Shown here: piece by piece, positions 27,822 to 36,987 of the stretch
Layout of the letters: every line of letters starts with the position of its first letter
How positions within the stretch are numbered: the first letter of the stretch is position 1
IMG/VR virus record: IMGVR_UViG_3300031965_000011
Location: 1-64,000 of that record
Length of the DNA: 64,000 bases
Direction: 5' to 3' (one strand)
Source: a virus
Notes under the pieces: model-generated
The model's database searches: none
What the model saw: only the letters and a program-made list of their open reading frames with translations
What the model was told of the DNA's origin: nothing
Position numbers and translations under genes: made by a program

Positions 27822-28853
27822 ATGAGCAAATCAGTAATATCTCTGATCGCATTGACTCTGCTGGGAGCCGGGAGTCTATGGCCGCAGACGTTGATGAACG
27901 GCTTCCCCGATATCGTCAAGGTCACCGACGGAGGCACTCCGCCAAGCGGCGCGGTGAGGATCTGGGCAAATGATAGCGACCAGATCGTAACCACCGATTC
28001 TTTAGGGACGGACACGGTTCTCGGCGAGAGCGGCGGAGGCGCCACAAACGCGGAGGTCTTTTTCGCCGCGCAGACATCCGTCACGATCACCGCCGCTACG
28101 CACGGTTTTGACCATGCCAAACTCGGCGTCGTCTGTTACGACAACGCAAGTCCGAAGGCTCAGATAGTCCCGCTTGGGGTCACCGTAGACGCTAGCACGT
28201 TCCAGGTCGTTGTAACCTTCTCGGCTGCCGAGACCGGCTCGTGCGTTGTCGCCGGCGGCTCCGGGTCCAGTGAGCCATACGAAGAGTCGTTCACCACGCA
28301 AACCAGTATCACGGTCACCGGCGCGGAGCACGGCTTCGGCCACGCCCGGCTGGCGGTATTTGTCTATGACGACGCGGACCCGAAGGCGCTAATGACGCCG
28401 CTCGGCGTCACGATCGATCCTGACGCTTTCGCTGTCGTCGTCACGCTCTCGGTCGCGGATTCCGGCTCCGTCGTCGTGATGGGCGGCGCAGGCGGCGCCC
28501 CTGAGAGCGGGGCCATTACGATGACCTTCGACGGTCGAGGGGCGGACATCGCCACCGGGGTAAGCAATCCGGCGGTCGCCCGCAGATCGGGGGTCGTCAC
28601 AGGGGCGACGATCCTGTCGTACCAGACGTGCTCCATCAGTATCGATGTTTGGGTTGACTCTTACGCCAATCACCCGCCCACTGATGCGGACTCAATCACC
28701 TCGGCCGCGCCGATCACTTTGAGTTCGGCGAACAAGAATACACCGGCCCTTACAGGCTGGACGACCGCATTCAATGCCGGCGACGAGTTCGTTTTCAACG
28801 TAGATTCAAACACCGGCTGCGAAAACGTCGTGGTCGTCCTGGAGACCAACTAA
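27822..28853 (+). CDS. Fibre-like protein with two copies of a 65-aa Ig-like module, signal-peptide-like N-terminus
   Basis: Start moved to ATG 27822 (MSKSVISLIALTLLGAGSLWPQTL). The repeats FAAQTSVTITAATHGFDHAKLGVVCYDNASPK... and FTTQTSITVTGAEHGFGHARLAVFVYDDADPK... also occur in the 2234-aa protein. Confidence 0.55.
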   Translation: MSKSVISLIALTLLGAGSLWPQTLMNGFPDIVKVTDGGTPPSGAVRIWANDSDQIVTTDSLGTDTVLGESGGGATNAEVFFAAQTSVTITAATHGFDHAKLGVVCYDNASPKAQIVPLGVTVDASTFQVVVTFSAAETGSCVVAGGSGSSEPYEESFTTQTSITVTGAEHGFGHARLAVFVYDDADPKALMTPLGVTIDPDAFAVVVTLSVADSGSVVVMGGAGGAPESGAITMTFDGRGADIATGVSNPAVARRSGVVTGATILSYQTCSISIDVWVDSYANHPPTDADSITSAAPITLSSANKNTPALTGWTTAFNAGDEFVFNVDSNTGCENVVVVLETN

Positions 28854-28854
28854 G

Positions 28855-30120
28855 ATGCGCTTTCTTATCCTGCTGCTGTTCTGCGCTCCTCTGGCGGCCC
28901 AGGACACGACCTGCGATTCAGGCGATGTTCTTTGGGTATCCGAAAGCGTCAACGCGGACGTGGACATCGCCGCAGGCGGAGCCGAGTATAACAACGCCGC
29001 GGCTCCGTTTGGCATCCAGGGAGCGTTCGACGCCGAGAACCTGTGCGTTGGGTCGATTGTGCGCATCCTCGACGGCGCGAACGAATACGGCCCAAGCTCT
29101 ACGTCATGGACGAATCGCGTTGATACGACCAAGAAAATTGTCGTCGCTGTTGACCGAGACGGGGCGTTCACGAGCCACGTACGAGTGGAGGGCTGGGCCG
29201 ACTCGTCTACGCGCTGCGGCACGTCAGGGAATCAGTGGACGGCGGCGTGTCCGGTCTATCTAGACTTTGATCGCGACAACATCACCGGCGACGATGGTTT
29301 TGAATTTGCCGCGACCGGCGACGGCTACATTTTTGAATGGATCGGGGTCAAGAATACCGACGCCCAAGGCTTCGCGGTCGATACCAGTTCGACCAACGTG
29401 ATGTTTCGCAGCGTGGCCGTGGTCAACTCTACAGGGTCGGCGATCGGCGGCCCCCAGAACTCGGCGTCGACTTGGTACCTGTATGACAGCTACTTCTCCA
29501 ACGTGGGCACGGGCGGTTCCGCGGCAATCCAAGCTGCCGGCTTCTCTGCATTGATCGCCAACAACGTGATCGACTGCGAACCGGGCGGCTCCCCGGTAGC
29601 CAGTCAAGATGGGTTACACGTTCCATTCAACCTGAACGCTCCGACCATCGTCAACAACGTGTTCCGCAACTGCGACTCGGGCCTATGGCTCGAGCAGTCC
29701 GACGCGGCAAGGGTCGTCAGAAACACCTTCGAGAATCACACAAACGCCTGCATCCACACGTCCAACGCAGCGGTCAAGACAATGGCCGCCATGAATGCAT
29801 TCACCGGTTGCGCCAACTCAATTCTGGGTGGAACGAATCATTATCTGCTGGCTGACAACGTCTACTCCGCGGGCACCGGGCAGTCTAACGCGGGGCAAGT
29901 GATGAGCGACGCGGACGACGCCCAGAACAACAACGGGGAGACATTCTCGGGAGCGTCCTGCGTTTTCGCGGATACGACGGACGAAAGTATGGCCTCCGGT
30001 TGCGTGCTCAGCAAATCGCCCCCTGGCGGCGAACTGGCGTCACAGGATGCGATCGTTCCAGGGATCGCACGCAAGAGCTTAGGCGGAGGGGGAACGATCA
30101 GCTATGGAGGGTTTCAGTGA
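28855..30120 (+). CDS. Second beta-helix repeat protein, signal-peptide-like N-terminus
   Basis: N-terminus MRFLILLLFCAPLAAQDTT. Repeats NNVIDCEPGG, VNNVFRNCDSGLWLEQS, VRNTFENHTNACIH. Confidence 0.55.
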   Translation: MRFLILLLFCAPLAAQDTTCDSGDVLWVSESVNADVDIAAGGAEYNNAAAPFGIQGAFDAENLCVGSIVRILDGANEYGPSSTSWTNRVDTTKKIVVAVDRDGAFTSHVRVEGWADSSTRCGTSGNQWTAACPVYLDFDRDNITGDDGFEFAATGDGYIFEWIGVKNTDAQGFAVDTSSTNVMFRSVAVVNSTGSAIGGPQNSASTWYLYDSYFSNVGTGGSAAIQAAGFSALIANNVIDCEPGGSPVASQDGLHVPFNLNAPTIVNNVFRNCDSGLWLEQSDAARVVRNTFENHTNACIHTSNAAVKTMAAMNAFTGCANSILGGTNHYLLADNVYSAGTGQSNAGQVMSDADDAQNNNGETFSGASCVFADTTDESMASGCVLSKSPPGGELASQDAIVPGIARKSLGGGGTISYGGFQ

Positions 30121-30986
30121 GCAATAAGATCAACATCGCAATTCTCACTCTCGCGGCGGCGGCCTTACTGTTTGGTCAAACACTGACCAACGGCTACCTG
30201 CGGTTAGTCGAGGTCGCGGCTCCCGGCACTCCGGCGTCAGGCGAAGGCGTGATCTACGTCAAAACCGACGGCACCTTCGCGGGGAAGAACGACGCCGGGG
30301 TGGAGACGGTGTTGGGGGCAAGCGGGGCCTTCGATCCCTTGGACGAGGATTCTATCTGGCTCCGAGAAGAGTTTGCTTCCGGCGCCGAGGCAACAGACGG
30401 AGATCTTGGAGATCTTGGCTGGGAAGTTATACGCTCCGGCGCCGGAGTGCCCGTGGGACAAGCGGGCGAAGCAAACCACCCCGGCATATGGAGACTGGTT
30501 ACGGGAACGACTTCGGATCAATACACGCTTGTCAATGTTTCGAACAATCGGGCCTCAATCATCGCTCTCAGCAGCAGCACGTTTGAATCGAAATTCATCG
30601 CGCGGCAAAGTTCCTGCGCCGACGTTGGAGTTAACATTGGTTGGGTTGCCGGAGGGGCTCACGCCGTCTCGCCTACGACCGGCATCTACGTACGTCTGGA
30701 CACCGCCGATGCGGACACGAACTATCAATTCGTAGTGGGAGACGGCACGGAGCAAATTAACGACACTGCCGTAGCCTGCAATACGAATTGGAATCTGTTT
30801 CGGCTTTATTCGACGGACGGCGGGACGACGATGAGCCTCGATATCAACGGCTCTAACGTTGCCACGGAAACGCTAAATATCCCCACTGCGGTCTTGTCTC
30901 CAGCTTTCCAAGTGCAAACGAGGACGACGGCGGATAAGACCCTTGATCTAGATTTCTTCGCTTTCGAGACGACATTGACGCGGTAA
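30117..30986 (+). CDS. Fibre-like protein sharing its N-terminal module with 27822..28853
   Basis: GTGA overlap start (VSNKINIAILTLAAAALLFGQTL). QTLTNGYLRLVEVAAPGTPASGEGVIY...ETVLGASG parallels QTLMNGFPDIVKVTDGGTPPSGAVRIW...DTVLGESG. Confidence 0.5.
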   Translation: MSNKINIAILTLAAAALLFGQTLTNGYLRLVEVAAPGTPASGEGVIYVKTDGTFAGKNDAGVETVLGASGAFDPLDEDSIWLREEFASGAEATDGDLGDLGWEVIRSGAGVPVGQAGEANHPGIWRLVTGTTSDQYTLVNVSNNRASIIALSSSTFESKFIARQSSCADVGVNIGWVAGGAHAVSPTTGIYVRLDTADADTNYQFVVGDGTEQINDTAVACNTNWNLFRLYSTDGGTTMSLDINGSNVATETLNIPTAVLSPAFQVQTRTTADKTLDLDFFAFETTLTR

Positions 30987-33900
30987 TGCGAATCTTACTC
31001 CTAGCCCTGGCTCTTGCCCTCCCGCTCTTCGGCGCGACGGAGTCGCAGCTCCCCGACACGGTCGCAGCGCAGAGCGGATACACGGACTGTACCGTCGACG
31101 AGATCGACGAAGACCCCGATTCGCCCGATGCGTCTTGGTGCGACGTCGGCGGGGCGAACAACGTCTCGACCACGGTACGGGTGACCTTCCCGACGCCGAC
31201 GCCGCTTCCAACGGACGGCGCGGGGCTGCAAGAGTTCCGCGTCCAGTGGCGAAAAACAAATCACTCTACGGACCCGACTTGCGCTGTCGATCTTTACGAA
31301 GACGGCTCCGAGATCACGGCGGGCGTCGTTGGCTCGACGGCGGTTTCTTCCACCACCGGTGTCGTCGTCAGCGGCACATGGGACTCAGCGTCGTTGTCAG
31401 ACAGTACCGGAGCTGGAGTCGAAGCGCTTGTTACTTGCACGCCCGGCGGCGGCGCGGCGGGCAACAGGGCGTCAGGAGAAGTCGGCGCGGTGGAGTGGGT
31501 TGTTGACTACACGACGCCCCCCAGCGGGCCACAGTCGCTGCAACTGACGACCGGCGACACGATGAGCTTTACCCCGCCGGAGACGGCAACGTGGCAGAGT
31601 CTCGGGGCCGCACGCGTAGAGATCGCGCTTGACCTGAATACGTGCTCCGGGGAAACGACGTTCTTCAAGCTGGGTAACTGGCGGCTGCGGTGCTCCACGG
31701 CGTCCAACCTGGTTTACGGCACCGATGTAGACGACGGCAATCTCGCCATCACCGGTAAGACCCAAATACTCATCCGGATGCAACGCGATCCGAGTCAAAC
31801 CCTCGCGTCCTCCAATGGGGCCACGCCGGTTGCACATTTGGAAGTGTGGGCGAACGACGGCACGGGGAGAGTCGCGCTGGCTACCAATGACGCCGCCTCT
31901 GCGATTGACGCTTCCTCGATCCAGAGCTTCGCAGTTGGAACCTCGGACATCGAGTTCCACTGGATCAAGGTTTACTCGACGCTGACCGAAGTTGGAGCGA
32001 ACGCACCCGTGCCCGACCCGCATGGCGTGGGGGATCTAGCGAACTGGGATTTCGAGGGCGTGCTGACCGACTCCGGCCCGGACTCGATGACCTTCTCGGC
32101 TTCGGGCACGGGTTTCACGACTACGCCGACGTTTAACCCGGTTGCCGACCCCACGGTGGACGCCGATCCGTTCTGGATGCAAGCCCCCTCGGTACGGGCG
32201 GGAGCGGAGATCACGCTATCGGCGGAACGCTCGATCTCGCATGACGACGTGGATGGATTGACGTGCGTGTGGAGCGATCAGACCGGCGGCTCAGGTCCCA
32301 CCGCGATTCTATTCACCGGCTCGACGACGGCTTGCACGACGACGGCGGTGTTCCCGACTTTCGGCGACTTCGATTTACGGCTCGTGGTGACGGACAACTC
32401 GGCGGGAACCGGAACGGCGAACGTGACGGTCGGAGCCGTGGCGACCGACTCAAATCGAATCGTGGTCATGGATAATGACCCGTTCGCCTTCACGCTCGGC
32501 GAACACATCCAGTGGGGTCAATCGGCTTGGCCGTTTCTACCTGAACGAACCTATAAGATGGCCGAGACCTTCGCCGCGAATCGGTCGGCTGCAAGCTGGC
32601 GTACCTTCGACACAGGCACGGTGACGGTCAGCAACGGTTCGCCAACGGTGGAAGGCGCCGGCGGAACCGACTTCGCCAATCTTATCTGCTCTGGGGGTAC
32701 GACCCCTGACGGCGGCGCGGGCGGTCCTAATAAGCTCGTCATTCGCGATTCCGGCGGCGTCTATTGGGTGAACAACATCGCCGCATGCGTTGACGCCGAC
32801 ACTTTGACGTTGAACGCGAATTGGAATAAAACCGGCGAAGGCGGACTGTCTTACTCCTATTGGACCGAAGCAGAAAATTCGCTCTGGATCAACGGGTCGG
32901 AGAACGAGAACTATTACGACAACGTGTGGGCTTACTACACGCTGTGCAAGACTTCTGGTCTTCAGTGGGCCTGCACGGACGCGGCGGAACTAGCGGCGCT
33001 GTGGTGGGAAATGCCGTTCATTGCAAACGGCATGGCCATGACTGGTCCTTCCGGCGACAGTCTGATTATGCAGCCGCGCTTGAATGCCCTAATTGGCATC
33101 ATGCTTTGGGCAAAGGAGCAAGGGACGGAAGCGAGCATCTTTCCCGGTATTGAAGATTACATCGAGTTCTTCGATTTCCTCAGAATCGTCCATTCGCTGA
33201 ACTATTGCGCCGGCGACCCCCGCGAAGCCTGGTACGTCGGGATGTGGCTCTCGCTGGCGATGGAGTTAGACCCGGACGCCACGCGCGTCTCGAACTACCA
33301 AAGCATTCTCACGGCGGCAATGGACGCCTCCGCTGGAGCTTCAGGCGGCGACATTGACCCCGATATATGCCGTCATCCTTCCGGCGTCTGGCACGGCTAC
33401 GACGCCACTGCGGGCGCCAGCACCGTTTCGGTAACGAATGGCTCCAACGAGTTCGTGTGCGCCTCGTCGGGAGCTTGTAGCTGGGACGCGGGCGACGTTG
33501 GTTCGTGGGTTCAGATCGGCGTACTGAACGACCGGGATCACGTAACGGACGTCGGGCAATATCAAATCACGGCGCAGGATGCGGACAAGCTGACGGTCAC
33601 TCCGAACTTTGCCGGAACGACCGGCTCGGGCCGCTGGTACTTCATCAAGGCGGTCAACACATACACCTTCCAGGCGTTGACGAATGCGATGCCGAACATC
33701 GCGCTCGACTGGCAATACCGTCACGGCTTCAGCGACCGCCGGGACGTGATCGTCGAGGGAACGGACGGAATTGTTGTGAACAACTATCGCGCTCCCTTGC
33801 GCGGTCTGTACGTGCTGAACGATGACAACGCCGGATGCTCGGCCTCCATCGCGGCGGAAACGGTTAACAGCGCAAACAATTGTCAGTTCGACCCGGCGCA

Positions 33901-34510
33901 GACAGCATCGAGCCAAAGATTTCTAATCGCTGAAATCGCTGGAGCCATGGCGCTCGGCGTCAAGTACGGACGGCAGATCGACGACGCCAACACGGCCTCC
34001 CGCATAGCTCAACTGGACGACATGATGGGCGCGACATTCGGCGCCCTGGGAGGCCCTGACAGCGATACCGATTGGGCGAGCGAGTACAACGATTCCGGCG
34101 CGACGTTCACGCAGGGCGGCAACGGCAAGCAGAAGAACTTCGGCTTCTGCTGCGGCGTCGGCGGCGCGAGCGCCTGGGACGCGGAAAGACTAGGCGGGCT
34201 GGCTGCCGAGGATCTCGTCAGCTACAGCGTGCCGCTCGATATCGGTTCAGTGTCGATGGCGACGAAAGCCAGCTGCACGCTCTACGAACCGCGCAGCTTC
34301 TCGCGCGTGGTGAACGAGCAAACCGGCTCGACGTGCGCGGTGACAGGAGACAAGAGGCAAGGCGACCACCTGGCCAAGATCGAATACAAGGACGCGATGG
34401 ACTCGGTTCTTCAAACCGATTTTGTGATGACTTCGGCCCCGATTGCAAGCAGCACGGGCTCCACGGTGGAGGGCTCGGCCACGTTCAGCGGGAGCTTCGC
34501 GATCCAGTGA
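30986..34510 (+). CDS. Large (1174 aa) protein with a signal-peptide-like N-terminus and a PKD-like domain
   Basis: N-terminus MRILLLALALALPLFGATES. LTCVWSDQTGGSG...FGDFDLRLVVTDNSAGTGTANVTV is PKD-like. Confidence 0.55.
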   Translation: MRILLLALALALPLFGATESQLPDTVAAQSGYTDCTVDEIDEDPDSPDASWCDVGGANNVSTTVRVTFPTPTPLPTDGAGLQEFRVQWRKTNHSTDPTCAVDLYEDGSEITAGVVGSTAVSSTTGVVVSGTWDSASLSDSTGAGVEALVTCTPGGGAAGNRASGEVGAVEWVVDYTTPPSGPQSLQLTTGDTMSFTPPETATWQSLGAARVEIALDLNTCSGETTFFKLGNWRLRCSTASNLVYGTDVDDGNLAITGKTQILIRMQRDPSQTLASSNGATPVAHLEVWANDGTGRVALATNDAASAIDASSIQSFAVGTSDIEFHWIKVYSTLTEVGANAPVPDPHGVGDLANWDFEGVLTDSGPDSMTFSASGTGFTTTPTFNPVADPTVDADPFWMQAPSVRAGAEITLSAERSISHDDVDGLTCVWSDQTGGSGPTAILFTGSTTACTTTAVFPTFGDFDLRLVVTDNSAGTGTANVTVGAVATDSNRIVVMDNDPFAFTLGEHIQWGQSAWPFLPERTYKMAETFAANRSAASWRTFDTGTVTVSNGSPTVEGAGGTDFANLICSGGTTPDGGAGGPNKLVIRDSGGVYWVNNIAACVDADTLTLNANWNKTGEGGLSYSYWTEAENSLWINGSENENYYDNVWAYYTLCKTSGLQWACTDAAELAALWWEMPFIANGMAMTGPSGDSLIMQPRLNALIGIMLWAKEQGTEASIFPGIEDYIEFFDFLRIVHSLNYCAGDPREAWYVGMWLSLAMELDPDATRVSNYQSILTAAMDASAGASGGDIDPDICRHPSGVWHGYDATAGASTVSVTNGSNEFVCASSGACSWDAGDVGSWVQIGVLNDRDHVTDVGQYQITAQDADKLTVTPNFAGTTGSGRWYFIKAVNTYTFQALTNAMPNIALDWQYRHGFSDRRDVIVEGTDGIVVNNYRAPLRGLYVLNDDNAGCSASIAAETVNSANNCQFDPAQTASSQRFLIAEIAGAMALGVKYGRQIDDANTASRIAQLDDMMGATFGALGGPDSDTDWASEYNDSGATFTQGGNGKQKNFGFCCGVGGASAWDAERLGGLAAEDLVSYSVPLDIGSVSMATKASCTLYEPRSFSRVVNEQTGSTCAVTGDKRQGDHLAKIEYKDAMDSVLQTDFVMTSAPIASSTGSTVEGSATFSGSFAIQ

Positions 34511-34517
34511 CGAGAAG

Positions 34518-34706
34518 ATGGCTGCTGACCCTATTCTTGCCCGCTGGAATGACTTTGCGAAGGCCGCTTCGCGTTGGATTCACTTCGCCGCGGACCTATC
34601 TCCCTATTCCCTGGATTATCGCCAGAGAATCGCGGAGCGTTGGCACGAGCTCCGCATCGGCGAGCTCTTCCGTCGGCTAGAGGCCCTCGTCGTGGACTGG
34701 AGGTAA
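34518..34706 (+). CDS. Small hypothetical protein
   Basis: 62-aa ORF from ATG 34518, packed between neighbouring genes. Confidence 0.35.
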   Translation: MAADPILARWNDFAKAASRWIHFAADLSPYSLDYRQRIAERWHELRIGELFRRLEALVVDWR

Positions 34707-34707
34707 T

Positions 34708-35952
34708 TTGCCAGCGAAAAGCCTACGCGAAATTCAGTGCGCCCAGTGCGGTAAGTCCTTTCGGCCGGCCAACTACCGGATCAAGTACTGCTCGCTGGAG
34801 TGCGCCGGGATCGGCCGCCGCAAGTTCAAGCCGACGGAAGAAGAGATCCGGCGCGACGAGATCTCAGACAACGTCCGGCACCTCAACATGCGCGTCGATC
34901 GCGAGGTGCGTAACGAGAAGGACCTGATAGAGATTTGCGGAATCGACCCGAAGGAATGGCGCATCCTCGACGGCTGGGAATGCACGACCTGGGAGCTCGG
35001 CATCAAAAACAACCACGGGAAGATCGAAAAGAAAACGCTCTTCCGTGTCAAGGCCAAGTTCGCCCGCAATCTTGAGTACCGCTACACGGACAGCCTGATC
35101 GAAGAGCTGATCGCCGGCTGCCGCGCACGCTCGCCAAAGATCAAGAAAATCAAAGCGCCCGAGACCGGGCAATGCCTTGAGATTGGAGCCTTCGACGCCC
35201 ACGTGGGCATGCTGGCCTGGCCGGAGGAAACCCGCGGGCCTGCGTACGACGTCGATATCGCCGTTGCGGACTGGGACAACGCGCTTGACACTCTGCTTTC
35301 GAGGGCCGGATACTGGAGCCCGGAGCACGTTTTCTACGTCCTTGGCGGCGATATCTGCCACATCGATTCGCCCAAGGGCGAGACCTTCGCGGGAACTTCG
35401 CTTGGCGACATGGACACCCGCTATCAGCGGGTAGTGAGGCGGATCAACGCACTGCTGCGCCGGCAAGTCGAGCGCATCGCCCGCGACGTGTCGCCGGTCA
35501 CGGTCATCAATGTCGTCGGCAATCACGACCGCACGACATCGTTTCACATCGCCGAAGTGATGGATGCCTACTTCGCGGGCAACGAGAACGTAGAGGTCCG
35601 CAACGAAGCCAGCAGCCGCGCCTACTACCGCTGGGGGAAAAACCTGACCGGGATCACGCACGGCGACGTGAAGGGCGGCGCGGCCAAGATGAGGGACTTG
35701 GCCAACGTCATGGCTGAAGAGCGGCCGCAGGACTGGGCCGAGTGCCCCTTCAGGGAGTGGCGCACTGGTCATATCCATCAAGACGTGGTGTATCAGAATC
35801 ACTCCGTCACGGTCAGGCGCTTGCGAGCGCTGTGTCCGCCGAACGCTTACGCGGCGCACGAACTATATCTAGGCAACCCCAGAGGCATGGACGGATTTAT
35901 TCTCGACAAAGAACACGGGTTGGTCGATCAACCGCGCGTGGTAATTCGATGA
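34708..35952 (+). CDS. Calcineurin-like metallophosphoesterase with an N-terminal zinc ribbon
   Basis: CAQCG...CSLEC. MPE motifs GAFDAHVG, GGDICHID, GNHD, THGD, GHIHQD in canonical order. Confidence 0.65.
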   Translation: MPAKSLREIQCAQCGKSFRPANYRIKYCSLECAGIGRRKFKPTEEEIRRDEISDNVRHLNMRVDREVRNEKDLIEICGIDPKEWRILDGWECTTWELGIKNNHGKIEKKTLFRVKAKFARNLEYRYTDSLIEELIAGCRARSPKIKKIKAPETGQCLEIGAFDAHVGMLAWPEETRGPAYDVDIAVADWDNALDTLLSRAGYWSPEHVFYVLGGDICHIDSPKGETFAGTSLGDMDTRYQRVVRRINALLRRQVERIARDVSPVTVINVVGNHDRTTSFHIAEVMDAYFAGNENVEVRNEASSRAYYRWGKNLTGITHGDVKGGAAKMRDLANVMAEERPQDWAECPFREWRTGHIHQDVVYQNHSVTVRRLRALCPPNAYAAHELYLGNPRGMDGFILDKEHGLVDQPRVVIR

Positions 35953-36524
35953 GCTACCCGCGGATCATCGGACTCGCCGGCCGCATGGGTTCCGGCAAGG
36001 ATACGGCGGCGGCCTTTCTCAAGTCGCACAGCTACGAGCGGCGCGCTTTCGCGGACGCCCTAAGGGCCGAAGTCTACGAGCGGCTCGACGCGCACGAAGA
36101 CGCCCCGGAAGACATGACGCCCGATATCCGGGACGCGTTCTACCGGTGCCTGCAGCGCGACATCTTTAGCAAGCCGACGGCGGATCACTGCCGCATCGTT
36201 CTGCAATGGTGGGGCGCGTGGCGTCGATCTCAGTGGGAATCCTACTGGATCGCCCAAGTCCTCTACCGGATGGACCCGAAGCGCCTCTATGCCGTCTCCG
36301 ACGTCCGCTACGCAAACGAAGCCCGCGCCGTGCAACTCTGCGGCGGCGAAGTCTGGAGAATCGACGGCCGCGGCGCAACCGGCGGGATTGCCAACCACGA
36401 AAGCGAGCGTCTGGACTTCCCGGTTGATCGCGTGATCCGCAACGATGGCTCGTTGGCCGGCTTCAATGCCGCCGTCGCTCAGTCGCTCAGTCGCTCATTG
36501 AAAAAACTACGCGCTCCAGTTTAA
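35949..36524 (+). CDS. P-loop kinase, phage deoxynucleoside-monophosphate-kinase-like
   Basis: ATGA-coupled start. GLAGRMGSGKDT Walker A, ...SDVRYANEA..., ...NHESE... typical of phage dNMP kinases. Confidence 0.6.
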   Translation: MSYPRIIGLAGRMGSGKDTAAAFLKSHSYERRAFADALRAEVYERLDAHEDAPEDMTPDIRDAFYRCLQRDIFSKPTADHCRIVLQWWGAWRRSQWESYWIAQVLYRMDPKRLYAVSDVRYANEARAVQLCGGEVWRIDGRGATGGIANHESERLDFPVDRVIRNDGSLAGFNAAVAQSLSRSLKKLRAPV

Positions 36525-36987
36525 CGACCGGCCTAAGTGAAACCTCGTCAACCGTACAAGTCGAGTGGGCTACGATCTTTCGGCCCTCCCCATCGGAGTA
36601 GTGGATTCTCACCCTGAATCGGTAGTCGCCGCCCTCGGACATTTTGGCCTCGTAGTAGCGCTGCACTCCAGGGCTAAAGACGTGACCTTGCTCGCCAATT
36701 CGCTGCATCGATCGTGACTTCAGTAGGCGGCTCGAATTTGGCCCCAGCGCTCTGATCTGCTCGACTTCGAGAGCCCATTCTTTACCGGCATCGAAATCAC
36801 AGGAGACGGCATGCGCGACATGATTAGATGCATTGTGTATCGTTAGTTCTCGCGTGCCGTTGGCTATGTCGCCAATGCTGACTACGAGAACCGGCGGATC
36901 CTTGGGCGCTGCGCTCAGCCGTTCATCGGTCGGCTTGCTTTGCTTTAGTAGATTGCGAATAAAATTCATACATCCTCCGTTTGTCAC
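36487..36987 (-). CDS. Hypothetical protein (last gene of the leftward operon)
   Basis: 166-aa ORF overlapping the primase stop. No motif recognised. Confidence 0.4.
   Translation of the reverse strand: MTNGGCMNFIRNLLKQSKPTDERLSAAPKDPPVLVVSIGDIANGTRELTIHNASNHVAHAVSCDFDAGKEWALEVEQIRALGPNSSRLLKSRSMQRIGEQGHVFSPGVQRYYEAKMSEGGDYRFRVRIHYSDGEGRKIVAHSTCTVDEVSLRPVVKLERVVFSMSD

Noticed and set aside
18605-34510. Diversity-generating retroelement targeting the fibre genes
   Set aside because: No reverse-transcriptase motif (YxDD) ORF is present in the window. The internal repeats differ at all base types rather than specifically at adenines, so there is no TR/VR pair.
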